A stretch of 32,000 nt of DNA from Dickeya dadantii NCPPB 898. GTDB taxonomy: Bacteria > Pseudomonadota > Gammaproteobacteria > Enterobacterales > Enterobacteriaceae. This document shows positions 28,727 through 32,000 of this stretch, piece after piece. The stretch's first letter is position 1. Each line of letters begins with the position of its first letter. Location: contig NZ_CM001976.1 in NCBI RefSeq assembly GCF_000406145.1, positions 3,419,263-3,451,262 of the forward strand, written 5' to 3'. The translations under genes and the position numbers were made by a program. The notes below the pieces were generated by a model that did no database searches, was not told the DNA's origin, and saw nothing but the letters and a program-made list of their open reading frames with translations.

Positions 28727-31700
28727 AGTTCTTTGCGCTGTTTATCCATCGCCCGGTCGCCACCACATTGCTGGCGCTGGCGATAGCGCTGTGCGGCCTA
28801 CTCGGCTATCAGTTGCTGCCGGTGTCGCCGCTGCCGCAGGTGGATTACCCGGTGATTTCGGTCACCGCCACCTTGCCCGGCGCGTCGCCGGAAACCATGG
28901 CGTCGTCGGTGGCGACGCCGCTGGAGCGCTCGCTGGGCCGCATCGCCGGCGTCAATGAAATGACCTCGATGAGTTCGCTGGGCAATACCCGCATCATCCT
29001 GCAGTTCGCGCTGGAGCGCGATATCAACGGCGCGGCCCGCGACGTGCAGGCGGCGATCAACGCCGCCCAGAGCCTGTTGCCGAGCAGCATGCCGAGCCGC
29101 CCCTATTACCGAAAAGTAAACCCGTCCGATGCGCCAATCATGATCATGACGCTGACATCGGACACCTACGGTCCTGGCCAGTTGTACGACTACGCCTCTA
29201 CCCAGATCGCCCAGCGCGTCTCGCAGATCGACGGCGTCGGCGACGTCACCATCGGCGGCAGTTCGTTGCCGGCGGTGCGGGTGGCGCTCAACCCGCAGGC
29301 GCTGTTCAATCAGGGCGTATCGCTGGACGCCGTGCGCCAGTCGATCGCCCAGTCCAACGTGCGCCAGCCGCTCGGCAGCGTGGACAGCGGCAGCACGCAT
29401 TACCAGATTCAGACCAACGACGAGCTGAAAACCGCGGACGCCTATCGCTCGCTGATCGTCCACTACAACAATGGTGCGCCGGTGCGCCTGAGCGATGTGG
29501 CGACGGTGAAGGATTCGGTGCAGAACGTGCTCAACGCCGGGATGACCAACGCCAAACCCGCCATTCTGGTGATGATCCGCCGGGCGCCGGACGCCAACAT
29601 CATTTCCACCGTGGATGCCATCCGCGCCTCCATGCCGGAACTGCAGGCCCTGCTGCCCGCATCGATCACCCTGGATGTCGCGCAGGACCGCTCGCCCACC
29701 ATCCGCGCCTCGCTGCGCGATGTGGAACGGTCGCTGACCATCGCGGTGTCGCTGGTGATTCTGGTGGTGTTCCTGTTCCTGCGCTCCGGGCGCGCCACGC
29801 TGATTCCAGCCATCGCCGTGCCGGTATCGCTGATTGGCACCTTCTCCGCCATGTACCTGTGCGGCTTCAGTCTTAACAACCTGTCGCTGATGGCATTGAC
29901 CGTCGCCACCGGTTTTGTGGTGGATGACGCCATCGTGGTACTGGAGAACATTTCTCGCCATATCGAAGCGGGGATGAAGCCGCTGCAAGCCTCATTGCAA
30001 GGGGTGCGGGAAGTCGGCTTTACCGTGGTGTCGATGAGCCTGTCGCTGATCGCGGTGTTTATTCCGCTGTTGTTCATGGACGGCCTGCCGGGGCGTCTGT
30101 TCCGCGAGTTCTCGATTACACTGTCGGTGGCGATCCTGATTTCATTGCTGGTGTCGATCACGCTGACGCCGATGATGTGCGCCCGGCTGCTGCGCCCTCA
30201 CGCGCCCCGCAGCCAGCCGCGCACCCGCGGCTTCAACCGGCTGCTGCTCGGGCTGCAGCAAGGTTACGGCCGCAGCCTGCGATGGGTGCTGAACCACTCG
30301 CGCTGGGTAATGATGGTGCTGCTGGGCACTATCGGCCTGAGCGTCTGGTTGTACATCAGTATCCCCAAAACCTTCTTCCCCGAGCAGGACACCGGCCGGC
30401 TGATGGGCTTTATCCAGGCCGACCAGAGCATCTCCTTCCAGGCGATGAAGCGCAAACTGCAGGATTTCATGACCATCGTGCGCGCCGACCCGGCGGTGGA
30501 TAACGTCACCGGTTTCACCGGCGGCATGCGCACCAACAGCGGCTCGATGTTCATCAGCCTCAAACCGCTCTCCCAGCGTGATGTCAGCGCCCAGCAGGTG
30601 ATTACCCGACTGCGCGCCAACCTGGCGAAAGAGCCGGGCGCCAACCTGTACCTGATGGCGGTGCAGGACGTGCGCATCGGCGGGCGCGAGGCCAACGGCG
30701 GCTACCAGTTCTCGCTGCTGTCGGATGACCTGGCGGTGCTGCGAACCTGGGAGCCGAAAATTCGCGATGCCCTGAGCAAGCTGCCGCAACTGGCGGACGT
30801 CAGTTCCGACCAGCAGGACAAGGGCGCCGAGCTGATGATGGTATACGACCGCGACGCGATGGCGCGTCTAGGCATCAACGTCTCCAGCGTCAACACGCTG
30901 CTGAACAACGCCTTCGGCCAGCGCCAAATCTCCACCATCTACCAGCCGATGAACCAGTACAAGGTGGTGATGGAGGTGGACTCAGCCTACACCCAGGACC
31001 CCAGTTCGCTGGATAAGATGTTTGTGATCAACAACGACGGCAAGCCGATACCGCTCTCGTTCTTCGCCCGCTGGCAACCGGCCAACGCGCCGCTGGCGGT
31101 CAACCATCAGGGGCTGTCGGCCGCCGCCACCTTCTCATTCAACCTGCCGGAAGGCGCCAGCCTGTCGGACGCCACCACCGCCATCGAGCGCACCATGACC
31201 GCGCTGGGGGTGCCGCCTACCGTGCGCGGCCAGTTCGCCGGCACCGCACTGGCATTCCAGCAGTCGCAGCATTCGCAGGTGGTGCTGATCATCGCGGCGA
31301 TCCTGACGGTCTACATCGTGCTGGGGATACTGTATGAGAATGTCGCCCATCCGCTGACCATTCTCTCGACCCTGCCGTCCGCCGGGGTCGGCGCGCTGCT
31401 GGCGCTGGAGCTGTTTGACAAGCCGTTCAGCCTGATTGCGCTAATTGGCATTCTGCTGCTGATCGGCATCGTGAAGAAAAACGCCATCATGATGGTGGAC
31501 TTCGCGCTGGTGGCGCAGCGCGAAGGGAAGCTGCCGGCGCGCGAGGCGATTTTCCGCGCCTGCATGCTGCGTTTCCGCCCGATCATGATGACCACCATGG
31601 CGGCGCTGTTCGGCGCGCTGCCGCTGGTGCTGAGCAGCGGCGACGGTTCGGAGCTGCGCCAGCCGCTCGGCATCACTATCGTCGGCGGGTTGGTGATGAG

Positions 31701-31812
31701 CCAGTTGCTGACGCTGTACACCACACCGGTGGTGTACCTGTTCTTTGATCGTCTGCAATGGCGCCGCCGCGAACGCACTGACGCGACCGCGCATACCGAA
31801 CCGTCGGCCTGA
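28723..31812 (+). CDS. mdtC: RND multidrug efflux transporter subunit MdtC
   Basis: A 1029-aa ORF with a GTG start in a GTGA overlap with the mdtB stop. [77 protein letters not shown] is collinear with E. coli MdtC. Confidence 0.97.
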   Translation: MKFFALFIHRPVATTLLALAIALCGLLGYQLLPVSPLPQVDYPVISVTATLPGASPETMASSVATPLERSLGRIAGVNEMTSMSSLGNTRIILQFALERDINGAARDVQAAINAAQSLLPSSMPSRPYYRKVNPSDAPIMIMTLTSDTYGPGQLYDYASTQIAQRVSQIDGVGDVTIGGSSLPAVRVALNPQALFNQGVSLDAVRQSIAQSNVRQPLGSVDSGSTHYQIQTNDELKTADAYRSLIVHYNNGAPVRLSDVATVKDSVQNVLNAGMTNAKPAILVMIRRAPDANIISTVDAIRASMPELQALLPASITLDVAQDRSPTIRASLRDVERSLTIAVSLVILVVFLFLRSGRATLIPAIAVPVSLIGTFSAMYLCGFSLNNLSLMALTVATGFVVDDAIVVLENISRHIEAGMKPLQASLQGVREVGFTVVSMSLSLIAVFIPLLFMDGLPGRLFREFSITLSVAILISLLVSITLTPMMCARLLRPHAPRSQPRTRGFNRLLLGLQQGYGRSLRWVLNHSRWVMMVLLGTIGLSVWLYISIPKTFFPEQDTGRLMGFIQADQSISFQAMKRKLQDFMTIVRADPAVDNVTGFTGGMRTNSGSMFISLKPLSQRDVSAQQVITRLRANLAKEPGANLYLMAVQDVRIGGREANGGYQFSLLSDDLAVLRTWEPKIRDALSKLPQLADVSSDQQDKGAELMMVYDRDAMARLGINVSSVNTLLNNAFGQRQISTIYQPMNQYKVVMEVDSAYTQDPSSLDKMFVINNDGKPIPLSFFARWQPANAPLAVNHQGLSAAATFSFNLPEGASLSDATTAIERTMTALGVPPTVRGQFAGTALAFQQSQHSQVVLIIAAILTVYIVLGILYENVAHPLTILSTLPSAGVGALLALELFDKPFSLIALIGILLLIGIVKKNAIMMVDFALVAQREGKLPAREAIFRACMLRFRPIMMTTMAALFGALPLVLSSGDGSELRQPLGITIVGGLVMSQLLTLYTTPVVYLFFDRLQWRRRERTDATAHTEPSA

Positions 31813-31899
31813 TGCCGCGCCAGCCGTACCTGTAATAATTCGCCGGGGTTCGCCCCGGCGCCTGCAAGGGACAGGATATTCCCGGGAGTAACACCAAGC

Positions 31900-32000
31900 A
31901 TGACCAATCAGCCCGCCTCCGTGCGCTGGCAGTTGTGGATCGTGGCCTTCGGCTTTTTTATGCAAGCGCTGGACACCACCATCGTCAACACCGCCCTGCC
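31900..32000 (+). CDS. mdtD: MFS transporter MdtD (5' end only; continues beyond the window)
   Basis: Not in the ORF track because it is truncated. The ATG at 31900 gives [34 protein letters not shown], matching the E. coli MdtD N-terminus (…[27 protein letters not shown]). Confidence 0.9.
   Translation, partial: MTNQPASVRWQLWIVAFGFFMQALDTTIVNTAL

Noticed and set aside
1-32000. A search for CRISPR arrays, IS elements or transposases, integrases, prophage genes, retron or reverse-transcriptase genes, toxin-antitoxin pairs and known defence-system genes.
   Set aside because: No regularly spaced direct repeats were seen, the only terminal inverted repeats found belong to ERIC, and no ORF has signatures of these families. 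Every ORF of 100 aa or more that I accept has an ordinary housekeeping or efflux homolog.

Overview
This window looks like a core chromosomal segment of a high-GC enterobacterium, probably Pectobacteriaceae-like (Dickeya or Brenneria); that attribution is inferred from protein similarity and codon usage and was not searched. Almost every gene has a clear E. coli counterpart. Left to right: a truncated long PstC-type phosphate permease (absent from the ORF track because it runs off the window), then divergent ppk-ppx. Next come small stress-type genes (yfgG-like, ybiI, uspG, DUF4186, an isochorismatase-family hydrolase). These are followed by a block collinear with the E. coli 22-min region: serT tRNA-Ser(UGA), yccA, tusE, yccX, hspQ, yccU, yccT, mgsA, helD, yccF, yccS, sxy/tfoX, sulA with a canonical LexA box, and ompA. 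Downstream of ompA collinearity ends, with no matP. That spot holds an enlarged ERIC/IRU repeat and about 0.95 kb of AT-rich sequence with no ORF of 60 aa or more. After it come an aldo-keto reductase, nupC, and mdtA-mdtB-mdtC with the start of mdtD. I found no CRISPR array, IS element or transposase, integrase, phage gene, or recognisable defence or toxin-antitoxin module. I cannot support a claim of a new biological system here. The most unexplained sequence is the ORF-free AT-rich tract plus the ERIC element at 20.5-21.7 kb. The oddest coding feature is a yccS reading frame that continues about 120 codons past its expected end, antisense through tfoX. Several ORF-track starts are over-extended (ppx, yccA, ompA, helD, yccF, yccX, DUF4186, the reductase, mdtA) and were trimmed by homology and Shine-Dalgarno placement. 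All homology statements come from recalled family sequences, not database searches.
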